Positions 20,040-29,140 are shown, numbered from the stretch's first letter. The stretch: DNA of 64,000 nt from Rhodothermales bacterium (GCA_963663495.1 OY760427.1:5119690-5183689), one strand, 5' to 3'. Numbers and translations are program-made. Notes: generated by a model not told the origin, from the letters alone.

Positions 20040-21448
20040 CTATGGTCGGACTGAAGGCACAAATGCTGGGCCGAACGCGACATGTCCACATGGTGGGAAT
20101 CGGCGGCATTGGCATGAGTTCCATCGCCACTGTGCTGCTGGCCCGCGGGTTCCGGGTTTCCGGCTCGGACCTGACGGAGAGTGAGATAACGGCAGGCCTG
20201 GAAAAAGAGGGGGCGACCGTGTACTTGGGGCACGCGGCAGAGCAAATTGGAAATGCCGATGTCGTGGTGTATTCGTCTGCTGTTGTACCACACTTGAATG
20301 CAGAGACCCTAGCAGCATTGGATAGGCACATTCCCATTATCCCCAGGGCGTTAATGCTCGGGGAGCTGATGCGGATGAAATATGGAGTCGCTGTGGCTGG
20401 AACCCACGGCAAGACCACAACGACATCGCTGGTAGGCCTCGTCGTGCGCGCGGGTGGGTACGACCCGACGGTGGTCGTAGGCGGGAAGGTAGAAGCGTTC
20501 TGTACGAACGCGACATCGGGAGAAGGAGATATTATCGTCATAGAGGCAGACGAATATGATCGGACCTTCCTGAGGCTTACTCCTGTACTCGCCGTCATCA
20601 CGTCCCTGGAAGCCGAGCATATGGATACCTATGCCGACTTGGCGGATCTCAATGATGCGTTTGTCTCATTCGCAAACTCGGTGCCATTTTTTGGTGCCGT
20701 AGTGACCTGCCTTGACGATGCCGGTGTACAGGAAATACTTGGCAGAATATCACACCGTATAGTAACATACGGCGTCTCCCGCCAAGCGATGGTCAGAGCG
20801 GAAAACGTGAGGCAGCACGGACTCAAAGTCTGCTTTACGGTCAGCGCGCATGACCGTGTGCTGGGGACGATAAGTCTCCAGGCTCCCGGACACCACAACG
20901 TGCAAAATGCGCTTGCAGCCGTTGCCATCGGCTTGGAATTGGACATGCCCTTTGAAAAGATCCGGGCCGGGCTGGAGCGGTTCACCGGCGTGCAACGCCG
21001 TTTTCAGGTGCTGGGGGAAAGTCGCGGCATCCTGGTCATAGATGACTACGCCCATCACCCCACCGAAATCGAAGCAACCCTTCGGGCGGCCTGTGATGTA
21101 TATGCGGATCGTCGCGTCGTGGCAGTGTTTCAACCCCACCTGTACTCCCGTACCGTAAATCTGTCGGTACGGTTTGGAGCATCCTTTACCAATGCGGACG
21201 CGGTAGTGTTAACGGATATCTACGGGGCTCGTGAAAAGCCTATACCCAACGTATCCGGGCAGCTGATCGTTAAGGAAGCTGCGGCCCGTGGTCATCGCAA
21301 TGTGCACTATGTGCCAAGGAAAGCCGAGCTTGTTGAAGTGCTGGCGGATCTCTGTAGCAGAGGCGATGTCGTCATCTTCATGGGTGCAGGGGATATCTGG
21401 CGGATTTCCCGGCAATTCCTCTCTGTACTCAAGCGGGAGGCAGCATGA
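20036..21448 (+). CDS. murC: UDP-N-acetylmuramate--L-alanine ligase MurC
   Basis: HMVGIGGIGMSSIA and AGTHGKTTTTS motifs. The ORF opens at 20003, but the ATG at 20036 gives the usual ATGA overlap with the murG stop. Confidence 0.9.
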   Translation: MTMVGLKAQMLGRTRHVHMVGIGGIGMSSIATVLLARGFRVSGSDLTESEITAGLEKEGATVYLGHAAEQIGNADVVVYSSAVVPHLNAETLAALDRHIPIIPRALMLGELMRMKYGVAVAGTHGKTTTTSLVGLVVRAGGYDPTVVVGGKVEAFCTNATSGEGDIIVIEADEYDRTFLRLTPVLAVITSLEAEHMDTYADLADLNDAFVSFANSVPFFGAVVTCLDDAGVQEILGRISHRIVTYGVSRQAMVRAENVRQHGLKVCFTVSAHDRVLGTISLQAPGHHNVQNALAAVAIGLELDMPFEKIRAGLERFTGVQRRFQVLGESRGILVIDDYAHHPTEIEATLRAACDVYADRRVVAVFQPHLYSRTVNLSVRFGASFTNADAVVLTDIYGAREKPIPNVSGQLIVKEAAARGHRNVHYVPRKAELVEVLADLCSRGDVVIFMGAGDIWRISRQFLSVLKREAA

Positions 21449-22191
21449 AGAAACCCTTTCTCCTGCCGACCCGCATCGTCGCGGTTGGCGTCCTTGCAGG
21501 AATCTGCACAGCGACGGCATTGGCTAGCTGGTGGCGGATATCAGAAAACCAGCATTGCCAGGAGATGCATTTTTCAGGCCTTGACCGTCTGGAAACAAAC
21601 ATCCTTGTGCGCATGGCCGAGGGCCTGACAAGTCCTACCATCGTTGCGGACCGCATCAGGCGCCATCCGTGGATACGCTGGGCGCAGGCCAAATGCACCT
21701 GGAATGCCCGAATGCAAATCCATGTGGTGGAACGCCAGCCAGTACTGCGCGCTATGCCCCCGGGAAATGACTGGGGGTACTATCTGGACCAGGAAGGATT
21801 CCGCATGCCTGCAACGTACGCCGTTGATGTGCCCATCGTTCGTGGAGAAGAAGTAGAACCGTTTCACCCGCTACGTCCCATTGAGTCCGCGTTGGTCCGC
21901 AAGCTGGCACGCGCTGTCGCCAACGTGGAAAAACGCACCGATGCGCTGCTGTCTGAATTTGTCGTCGAGGGCGGGGAGGTGCGGCTCTATACGCCGGCCA
22001 CCAGTGGTTTCGCATCAACAGAAGTCCGGCTCGGCCGCGAATACTTTGGTGAACGGATGGTGGTTCTGACAGCATTCTGGTTCCAGGCTATGCTTCTGCA
22101 GCCGAACATAGGCCTGGTTGACCTGCGCTTCCGCGAACAGGTGATTACCCGACCAGCCGCCCTTCAGAACAATGAACCCCTAACGCTATGA
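21445..22191 (+). CDS. ftsQ: Cell division protein FtsQ (POTRA-containing)
   Basis: Single N-terminal TM segment (IVAVGVLAGICTATALASWW). Size and position between murC and ftsA. Confidence 0.75.
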   Translation: MKKPFLLPTRIVAVGVLAGICTATALASWWRISENQHCQEMHFSGLDRLETNILVRMAEGLTSPTIVADRIRRHPWIRWAQAKCTWNARMQIHVVERQPVLRAMPPGNDWGYYLDQEGFRMPATYAVDVPIVRGEEVEPFHPLRPIESALVRKLARAVANVEKRTDALLSEFVVEGGEVRLYTPATSGFASTEVRLGREYFGERMVVLTAFWFQAMLLQPNIGLVDLRFREQVITRPAALQNNEPLTL

Positions 22192-23480
22192 CAGAACGTA
22201 TCGTAGTGGGCATGGACATCGGTACGACGAAGGTGTGTACTGTCGTAGCAAAGGCCGATGAGTTAGGACGTATCAATATCATCGGCATGGGAATTGCCAA
22301 GTCCGATGGTATTAACCGAGGCGTGGTGGTGAACATAAACCGCACTGTGGACGCAGTGCGGGAGGCCACCGCCGAAGCCGAGCGCTCCGCCTCCGTCACG
22401 GTTCAGAGTGTCGTAGCGGGCATCGCGGGGGATCATATACGAAGCCTGCAAAGCCGCGGGGTAGTGACAATCGTGAACCATGATCAACAGATCACTCAGC
22501 GGGATTTGCGCCGGCTGCTGGAAGATACCACGCATGTAGCCCTGCCTGCCGACCAGGAAATTCTCCACGTACTACCGCAGGAGTACATCGTAGACGGGCA
22601 GGACGGTGTGACCGATCCGGTGGGTATGAGCGGCGTCCGCCTGGAGGCCAATGTGCATATCATCACCGGCCTCGTTACGGCTGCCAAGAACATCTACCGC
22701 TGCATTGAACGGGCGGGTTACCAGGTAGTCGATATCGTGCTTGAGCCGCTGGCGTCATCGTTCGCCGTCCTGCACGGGGATGAGAAAGAGATCGGCGTTG
22801 CCCTCATTGATATAGGAGGCGGAACCACGGATATCGCCGTGTTTGAAGACGGCACGATTCGGCACGCGGCCGTCATTGCCGTGGCCGGCAACAAAGTCAC
22901 GGACGATCTGCGCCGCGGCCTGGGAGTCCGCAATGAGGATGCGGAGCAGTTGAAACAGCAGTTTGGTAGCGCACTCGCGGAAATAGTGGAGGAACCGGAG
23001 GATATCCTGATCCCGGGCATTGGCGGCAGAAGCGAAAAAAGAATCGCACGGTCGGCGTTGGCGCAGATCATCCAACCCCGTATGGAGGAGATTCTTGAGT
23101 TTGCCGTCAACGAAATCCGGCTTAGCGGATACCGCAATAGGCTTGCAGCGGGCGCCGTGCTAACGGGCGGCGGATCACTAACCGAGGCAACCGCCGCCCT
23201 CGGTGCCGAAGTACTGGGAATGGAAGCCCGCGTCGGATACCCCACAGGTATCGCGGGCGGGCTGGTAGACGAAGTAACAAATCCCAAGTACGCTACGGCA
23301 GTAGGACTCGTCTTGTATGCGCTGCAGCCTCGCATTCTAGGGGCAGCACCGATAGAAGGCCACGACCCCAATCGCTCAAGATCAGGAGCCATTATAACGA
23401 GACAAGATCAGACGGACCACAGTACTAACCTCATGCAACGGATTGCCGGCCGCATGAGAGATTGGTTCAACGAATTTTAG
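22188..23480 (+). CDS. ftsA: Cell division protein FtsA (actin-like ATPase)
   Basis: VGMDIGTTKVCTVVA, IDIGGGTTDIAVF and GGGSL motifs. Confidence 0.95.
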   Translation: MTERIVVGMDIGTTKVCTVVAKADELGRINIIGMGIAKSDGINRGVVVNINRTVDAVREATAEAERSASVTVQSVVAGIAGDHIRSLQSRGVVTIVNHDQQITQRDLRRLLEDTTHVALPADQEILHVLPQEYIVDGQDGVTDPVGMSGVRLEANVHIITGLVTAAKNIYRCIERAGYQVVDIVLEPLASSFAVLHGDEKEIGVALIDIGGGTTDIAVFEDGTIRHAAVIAVAGNKVTDDLRRGLGVRNEDAEQLKQQFGSALAEIVEEPEDILIPGIGGRSEKRIARSALAQIIQPRMEEILEFAVNEIRLSGYRNRLAAGAVLTGGGSLTEATAALGAEVLGMEARVGYPTGIAGGLVDEVTNPKYATAVGLVLYALQPRILGAAPIEGHDPNRSRSGAIITRQDQTDHSTNLMQRIAGRMRDWFNEF

Positions 23481-23505
23481 CCGCCACAGCTCAAAGACAA
23501 GTACC

Positions 23506-24774
23506 ATGACTACAGACCATCAATTACAAGCTGAACTGCCCATCACACCGCTTGACGACGAGCCAACGGAGCCACGCGAAGCGTCCGACTACGCATTCGA
23601 GCACGACAGCCTGGTTGCTGCCAAACTTGCTGTCGTCGGTGTTGGTGGAGGCGGAGGAAACGCCGTCAACAACATGATTGGACAGGGAATTACCGGCGTG
23701 GATTTCATTGCAGTCAACACGGACGCACAGGCCCTGGCAAGCAACCTTGCACTTATAAAAGTTCAGGCCGGACGCAAGCTGACGAAGGGGCTCGGAACGG
23801 GGGCGCGACCCGCTGTCGGCGCGGAGGCCGTAGAGGAGGATGTTGACATAGTCAAGGCCAAGCTGAAGGGGTACGATATGGTCTTCATCACGGCCGGCAT
23901 GGGCGGCGGAACAGGTACGGGTGGCGCCCCGGTATTGGCAAGTGTGGCACGCAACTTGGGAATCCTCACCGTCGCGATCGTTACTGAGCCGTTTGTGTGC
24001 GAAGGTCGCAGGAGAGCTAAAATGGCTTCGGAAGGGATCACCAAGCTGCGAGAGCATGTTGATACAATGGTAGTGATACCCAATGAGCGCTTGCTTGACA
24101 TATCGGACGAGGCCACCAGTCTGGTTGATGCATTCCGGTGCGCGGACAATGTCTTGTACAGTGCTACGCGGGGGATTGCAGACCTGATCACCGTGCATGG
24201 CCTGATCAACCTTGACTTTGCCGATGTTCGTACGACCATGCGCGACGGAGGTACCGCTCTCATGGGATCAGCCATAGCAACAGGTGACAGTAGGGCGGAA
24301 AATGCGGCGATGGAAGCCATAACAAGCCCCCTTCTTGATGGGCTGTCTATTGCGGGCGCACGGAATGTCCTGGTCAATATCACCGCCGGTACCTCGCTCG
24401 GAATACGTGAAGCAACCGCAGCCACCAGTATCATTCAGCAAGAGGCGGGAGACGATGTTGAGGTGATATTTGGCACCGTGATTGATGACTCCATGGGCGA
24501 CAACCTACGGGTAACCGTCATTGCCACAGGATTCAGTAAGGGGCGTCCGAGCCGGACAACACGCAGAACCGTTCCTCTACGAGATGCCGTGTACAACTAC
24601 AAGGGAGAAGCAAGCCTCAAGGTGCTAGATACGCCTGCGTACGAAAGACGGCGGACGAAACCTACCGAGGCACCAACCGAGGAGGCGCAGCCACGCGTAA
24701 CGAGAGATAAGCATGAGCCCTCACCGCCGAGGGTCAGGGATGCGCCAGCCTTCTTGCGGCGCATGCTTGACTGA
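23506..24774 (+). CDS. ftsZ: Cell division GTPase FtsZ
   Basis: GVGGGGGNAVNNM and ITAGMGGGTGTGGAPV tubulin signature. About 40-aa acidic N-terminal extension and a long linker. Confidence 0.97.
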   Translation: MTTDHQLQAELPITPLDDEPTEPREASDYAFEHDSLVAAKLAVVGVGGGGGNAVNNMIGQGITGVDFIAVNTDAQALASNLALIKVQAGRKLTKGLGTGARPAVGAEAVEEDVDIVKAKLKGYDMVFITAGMGGGTGTGGAPVLASVARNLGILTVAIVTEPFVCEGRRRAKMASEGITKLREHVDTMVVIPNERLLDISDEATSLVDAFRCADNVLYSATRGIADLITVHGLINLDFADVRTTMRDGGTALMGSAIATGDSRAENAAMEAITSPLLDGLSIAGARNVLVNITAGTSLGIREATAATSIIQQEAGDDVEVIFGTVIDDSMGDNLRVTVIATGFSKGRPSRTTRRTVPLRDAVYNYKGEASLKVLDTPAYERRRTKPTEAPTEEAQPRVTRDKHEPSPPRVRDAPAFLRRMLD

Positions 24775-24867
24775 TTATATGACCGACCAAATGGAAACCT
24801 GCACATAGATACAGTAGTACCCTGTGGTCTTTTATTAAACGGATAATACGCACTATCGTAGTCTCGA

Positions 24868-25131
24868 ATGCCCCAACATAAGTCAGCAGCCAAGCGCGTT
24901 CGCCAGAATGCCAAACGCCGGCTGCGCAACAGGTACCATCGGAGCCAAGTCCGCACCATGGTCAGAAAGCTCCGTACCACTTACAATGCGGAAGAGGCAC
25001 AAGCGCTCTTTCCCCCTGTGCAGGCGATGATAGATCGCCTTGCTGCAAAAGGTATCCTGCACCCCAACAAGGCTGCGAACTACAAAAGGGTGCTGGCCCG
25101 GCATGTTCGGGAGTTGACGCAAACAAACTGA
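24868..25131 (+). CDS. rpsT: 30S ribosomal protein S20
   Basis: MPQHKSAAKRVRQNAKRRLRNR... 87 aa, basic. Confidence 0.95.
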   Translation: MPQHKSAAKRVRQNAKRRLRNRYHRSQVRTMVRKLRTTYNAEEAQALFPPVQAMIDRLAAKGILHPNKAANYKRVLARHVRELTQTN

Positions 25132-25188
25132 CGTTCGCTCACTGACTCCGGCTCACATACCTATTATGAAGCAGTCTGGAAATGCATA

Positions 25189-26769
25189 ATGCCCGCATCT
25201 TACCACCAAACCCAGTATCCCATGCTACGCAGGCTTTCTATAGTCACCCTCTTGGTCATCGCCGGAGGGTTGATGCTTACGGAAACAACGAGAGCACAGC
25301 ATGTGCGCCCCGAAGGCACCTTCTTTATCAAGCCTTCAATTGGTGTTTCCACGTACCTAGGCGACAATGAAGCATCGCCATTGAACTTTAATGGCGATGG
25401 TCTTGGCGTCGCGTTTCCCTGGCTGATCGGGGCAGAAGTCGGCTATCAAACATCGGTACCATTCTCCATAAGCGGGGCCTTGATTATTGCAGATTACCCG
25501 GTCATCACACAGCACCACCCGCCGCCCCACCGCACCGACGCATCTGTAGCGGATGACCCGTCTGTTCGTACGTCCATCAGAGCCATGGGACGCTATACCT
25601 TCGCAGGTCCCGAAGATCGCTCGGCGCTCTACCTGAATCTGGGTCTCGTTTACTCGTTCGGAACTGTGACCCAGAACGAACCGCCTTCGTTTTCTCGGAC
25701 GGAGAGTGGAAGTGCATTTGGTCCGGTCGTAGGCGCCGGATTGGACGTTACGCTAAATCTCCGGACATCGTTTTTTGCGGAGTATAATGCAGGCATCCAC
25801 TTTAATGACGATGCATTGGATGGTAGGGCAGATGTTGCCTTTGGCGGAATAGATGTCTTGGGTGGCTTTGGTTTTGGACTCAAGTACAATATGAAAGCGG
25901 CGGTCACACCGCCCAAGGAACTTATGGCGACATGTCCATCGGAACCGGCTATTGCTGGCCAGCCGGCAGCCTTCAGTACCGTATTGAACCGGGGCATTAC
26001 CCAACCGGTTGAAGTGATGTGGAACTTCGGTGACGACAACAGTGCTTCCGGTATGGAAGTGATGCATACCTTCACGGTTGGCGGGGTGTACAGCGTTACC
26101 TACACGGCTTCGAATGTGGCCGGCGAGTCAACATCGACGCCCTGCCAGGTTACTGTCCAGGTACCGGCCGAGATTGTCGCTACTACGGCCAGCCGCAACT
26201 CGGTAAGCATTTGCGATACGGACCCATCCATTACCTTCAGCGCCAATGTTCGCGGAGATTCCCCCATGACGTACAGTTGGGACTTCGGCGATGGCAACAC
26301 AAGCGACGAGCCTAACCCGAGCCACGCCTATGGGGAAATGGGCACCTATCAGGTCACACTGATGCTGATGAATGTTGCCGGGACAGACGAGTCCACGATT
26401 GAGATCGTTGTTACGGACGAGGATTGCTTTAACTGCGACATCTCAACCATGAACCCGGTGTTCTTCGAACATAACTCGTCCGTCCTTACCCCCGAAGGAC
26501 TGGAAGAGCTCGCTGAAAATCTTGAAATCCTGCAGAATTGCGTTTTCCCGGCCCGCATAGAAGGCCATGCAGCATTTAACGAGCGCAACCGATTGGGGCT
26601 GTCTGAAGATCGCGCCCGCGCCGTGATGCAGTACTATGTTGACAACGGCATTGATGGTGCCCGCCTGAGCATGGTAGGCTTAGGATCAACCGCGCAGACA
26701 ACCAAGAAGAGCGGCGCCAGCGAGTTCCGTCGCGTGGATACCATCCCAGTCGTCGGGGACGGTATGTAG
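25189..26769 (+). CDS. Outer-membrane protein: N-terminal beta-barrel region, two PKD domains, C-terminal OmpA-like peptidoglycan-binding domain
   Basis: A signal peptide begins at M12 (25222): MLRRLSIVTLLVIAGGLMLTETTRAQ. PKD signatures are WNFGDDNSASG...YSVTYTASNVAGES and WDFGDGNTSDEPNPSHAY...YQVTLMLMNVAG. The OmpA_C-like end is NPVFFEHNSSVL...LSEDRARAV..YYV..GI...L...GLG. Confidence 0.8.
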   Translation: MPASYHQTQYPMLRRLSIVTLLVIAGGLMLTETTRAQHVRPEGTFFIKPSIGVSTYLGDNEASPLNFNGDGLGVAFPWLIGAEVGYQTSVPFSISGALIIADYPVITQHHPPPHRTDASVADDPSVRTSIRAMGRYTFAGPEDRSALYLNLGLVYSFGTVTQNEPPSFSRTESGSAFGPVVGAGLDVTLNLRTSFFAEYNAGIHFNDDALDGRADVAFGGIDVLGGFGFGLKYNMKAAVTPPKELMATCPSEPAIAGQPAAFSTVLNRGITQPVEVMWNFGDDNSASGMEVMHTFTVGGVYSVTYTASNVAGESTSTPCQVTVQVPAEIVATTASRNSVSICDTDPSITFSANVRGDSPMTYSWDFGDGNTSDEPNPSHAYGEMGTYQVTLMLMNVAGTDESTIEIVVTDEDCFNCDISTMNPVFFEHNSSVLTPEGLEELAENLEILQNCVFPARIEGHAAFNERNRLGLSEDRARAVMQYYVDNGIDGARLSMVGLGSTAQTTKKSGASEFRRVDTIPVVGDGM

Positions 26770-26779
26770 TACACCGCAG

Positions 26780-26817
26780 CCCCCCCGAGTTCTGCCTGCA
26801 GGTAGAACTCGGGGGGG
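26780..26817 (+). terminator. Strong GC hairpin downstream of the OmpA/PKD gene (terminator-like, no U-tract)
   Basis: Perfect 14-bp stem, CCCCCCCGAGTTCT (26780..26793) pairing with AGAACTCGGGGGGG (26804..26817). The loop is 10 nt. It starts 11 bp after the stop codon. Confidence 0.6.
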
Positions 26818-26974
26818 CGTATGGTTGCGGAGCTCCCTGGGCGTTTAAAGGGAGTTATATAGCTGACTGCCCACGCGTTAAATTGTTGAAATAATAGCAG
26901 TTTGGTCGCGAATAGCGGGAACCGACTATACCGAAAATGGGTACCATCCCGTGATAGATTGATGACCTAACTAA

Positions 26975-27931
26975 ATGCCTTCAAAGAAAAGAAACAACAG
27001 AAACACCAATGGCCCTGGACGGGCTGATCGTGAAGGAGTGTCCTTGATCAAGCTAACCAAAATGTTTCCAGACGACCCATCAGCCGAAGCATGGTTCGCA
27101 GTGAAGCGTTGGGGCGACACTCCTGTTTGCCCGCACTGTGCGTCTAAGAACGTACAGTCTGGCGCCAGACATCCTAGCATGCCTTATCGTCGCCGTAGTT
27201 GCCGTAAACGATTCAGTGTCCGCATAGGGACTGTAATGCAGGACTCGAAACTGGGATACCAGGTATGGGCATTAGCCATTTACATCATGACTACCAGTAT
27301 CAAGGGCGTATCCAGCATGAAGCTGCATCGTGACCTTGGCATAACCCAGACGACAGCGTGGCATCTGGCCCACCGTATTCGACAATCATGGAATGGAGAG
27401 CATGCACTATTTGCCGGTCCGGTAGAGGTTGACGAAGCCTACTTCGGTGGCAAGGAAAAGAACAAGCACGCCAGCAAGAAGCTGAAAGCAGGCCGTGGGC
27501 CAGTAGGTAAGAAAGCCGTTGTAGGAGTCCGTGATCGTGTCACCAATAGCATTTCTGCCCAGGTAGTAGAAAACATAGACGGACAGACGCTCAATGCGTT
27601 TGTGGATACCCATGTCTCGGAAGACACCGAGGTCTATACGGATGGCACGTCAGCATACCGGGGCCGCAACAACCACGCCTACGTACGTCACGCTGTTGGC
27701 GAATACGTTCGTGAGCAGGTCCATACCAATGGCGTAGAGAGCTTCTGGTCTTTGCTGAAGCGTGGGTACTACGGAACGTACCACCACATGAGCAAGAAAC
27801 ACCTACAGCGGTACGTGAACGAATTTGCAGGGCGACACAATGCACGCGACTACGACACAGCGGAGCAAATGACAATAATTGCTCAAGGACTGGTCGGTAA
27901 ACGGCTCATGTACAAATCCCTCATTTCATAG
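26975..27931 (+). CDS. IS1595-family DDE transposase
   Basis: N-terminal zinc ribbon CPHCAS...YRRRSCRKRFSVRIGTVMQDSKL. HTH region LGITQTTAWHLAHRIR. Catalytic region VEVDEAYFGG...VYTDGTSAY...TNGVESFWSLLKRG, with E..K spacing as in DDEK members. Confidence 0.9.
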   Translation: MPSKKRNNRNTNGPGRADREGVSLIKLTKMFPDDPSAEAWFAVKRWGDTPVCPHCASKNVQSGARHPSMPYRRRSCRKRFSVRIGTVMQDSKLGYQVWALAIYIMTTSIKGVSSMKLHRDLGITQTTAWHLAHRIRQSWNGEHALFAGPVEVDEAYFGGKEKNKHASKKLKAGRGPVGKKAVVGVRDRVTNSISAQVVENIDGQTLNAFVDTHVSEDTEVYTDGTSAYRGRNNHAYVRHAVGEYVREQVHTNGVESFWSLLKRGYYGTYHHMSKKHLQRYVNEFAGRHNARDYDTAEQMTIIAQGLVGKRLMYKSLIS

Positions 27932-27991
27932 CTAAACGTAAGCGGTAACGTATCAAGCCATCCGTACTCATGCGCACTCCGGGCATCGGCC

Positions 27992-28180
27992 GGCTACCAC
28001 TACTTGCTCGTGGACGAAGAACGGAGACTAACGGGCCGCGCAATACTGCGCCTGCAAGGCTTCCCCGACCGCTACGAGATTGACAGTCCGATAACGACCG
28101 TCAGACGGCTTACTGGCAACGCCGTACCCATTCCGGTGGTCAGGGCCGTTATGCGCCAGCTTTTCCATGTCTGTGCTTGA
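27992..28180 (+). pseudogene. C-terminal remnant (63 codons) of a C5-cytosine DNA methyltransferase
   Basis: It translates to GYHYLLVDEERRLTGRAILRLQGFPDRYEIDSPITTVRRLTGNAVPIPVVRAVMRQLFHVCA*. This carries the conserved C5-MTase C-terminal motifs (R.LT..E.ARLQGFPD and GNAVP). No upstream catalytic PCQ/ENV part is present. Confidence 0.7.
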
Positions 28181-28420
28181 TGGCCCGCGTCTCATGGGTT
28201 CGTCCGGTGCGCTTCGTGGCCCGTACCGGGGTCCGCCCAGTACTTCCGCATTGTCAAGAGCGTCCCGATATAAGCCAAGGAATCGGTCCTGAAGTTGATC
28301 GACTGTCGTGAAAACTGGATCGCAATGTATGCAGCCTCCTACTCTAAGCAGATGTCCGCCATGAAATCATTTCGGTATTCTGCCCCAATGGATTAGTGCT
28401 ACTCTATAGCCTATAACACC

Positions 28421-28585
28421 ATGAGCATAGATAAATCCCCGAAGCCCGGTAACAAGATTCAGGAAACGAAACGCCCCGGCCGCCCCGTAACAAACGACAT
28501 TCTCAATATCCAACAATCCATCCCTACCATACCGGAAGAACTGGCGAAAGCCATCCTGTCCGCACCACCAAAGCACAAAAAGTAA
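28421..28585 (+). CDS. Small basic ORF (54 aa) next to the right IR of the IS1595-family element; function unknown
   Basis: ATG 28421 to TAA 28583..28585: MSIDKSPKPGNKIQETKRPGRPVTNDILNIQQSIPTIPEELAKAILSAPPKHKK. It is not in the ORF track (shorter than 60 aa). Its last ~17 codons are retained, in antisense orientation, in the leaders of both tnpB elements. Confidence 0.3.
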   Translation: MSIDKSPKPGNKIQETKRPGRPVTNDILNIQQSIPTIPEELAKAILSAPPKHKK

Positions 28586-28624
28586 CGCCCGCGAAAACGC
28601 GTGACACTCAGCCATATAACTCCC

Positions 28625-29093
28625 AAATGCATGCAGAGGAGCAGTCATTTCCGATACTTCGGAGAAAATATCAGAAGACCGGTGCGCCTCGGCGATCTCG
28701 GCGTCCGTCAATCCCTCAATGATCTGCATCGGTGCGGCAGCACGCATCGCCCGGTCAAGCGGGTCCCTTAGGAAAAGGCTACTATGTTCGTTTGTCCTCT
28801 GCACAGCGCGAGCCACCCACTCGCCGAACAGGCTGTCGCCGCATCGGAGATGATGATCAAGAAAGCTTAGCGGAGCGCCGACGGTGAAGGTGTGGAGCCA
28901 AAGCGACACCTTGGCCAGCTCTACCGCCATTGGGATCTTATCAACACCGTAGACGCACCGCTTGAGCACCATGCGACGGATAATGTGCTGATCGTCAAGC
29001 TGATCCGTATTGTATGCCCGGCCCTTGTCCTCCGCGTTACCAATGATCTTATTGCGGATAGCGTCAATCCTCTCTGCAAGCGGAGAAAGATAT
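28625..29093 (-). pseudogene. Internal fragment of a type IIG / Eco57I- or PglX-like N6-adenine DNA methyltransferase gene, trapped between two IS ends
   Basis: The minus-strand translation is ...LAERIDAIRNKIIGNAEDKGRAYNTDQLDDQHIIRRMVLKRCVYGVDKIPMAVELAKVSLWLHTFTVGAPLSFLDHHLRCGDSLFG... The (I)YGVD..P.AVE.AK..LWL block is typical of these large MTases. Both sides are cut by GGGAGTTATATGG ends that point outwards. Confidence 0.6.
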
Positions 29094-29140
29094 GGGAGTT
29101 ATATGGCTGAATGCCACGCGTTTTCGCAGGAGTTACTTAT

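Larger units (their letters stand above)
26850..28624 (+). mobile_element. IS1595-family element (ISNwi1-like ends), 1,775 bp, with extra non-transposase sequence
   Basis: The ~30-bp terminal inverted repeats are GGGAGTTATATAGCTGACTGCCCACGCGTT (26850..) and the reverse complement of 28595..28624, GGGAGTTATATGGCTGAGTGTCACGCGTT. They differ by about 3 mismatches and 1 indel. The element encodes an IS1595-type transposase. Confidence 0.65.

Noticed and set aside
19990-20601. 203-aa minus-strand ORF. Similar cases are 9616..10212, 43490..44155 and 50146..50799.
   Set aside because: Each is antisense to a well-supported gene (murC, mraZ region, glgP, carboxyltransferase) and has no recognisable motifs.
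22718-24434. Long minus-strand ORFs (22718..23392, 23524..24198, 23763..24434)
   Set aside because: They are antisense to the unambiguous ftsA and ftsZ genes and are high-GC shadow frames.
26780-26817. A perfect GC hairpin, considered as an attachment site or REP-like element
   Set aside because: There is a single copy in the window, placed directly after a stop codon. The simplest interpretation is a transcription terminator, and the IS insertion site lies 25 bp further downstream.
28367-28972. 201-aa ORF that looks like a complete gene
   Set aside because: It is a chimera. Its first ~115 aa are an internal fragment of a type IIG-like MTase. The rest (from GSYMAECHAFS...) is read-through into the inverted IS end and its adjacent sequence.
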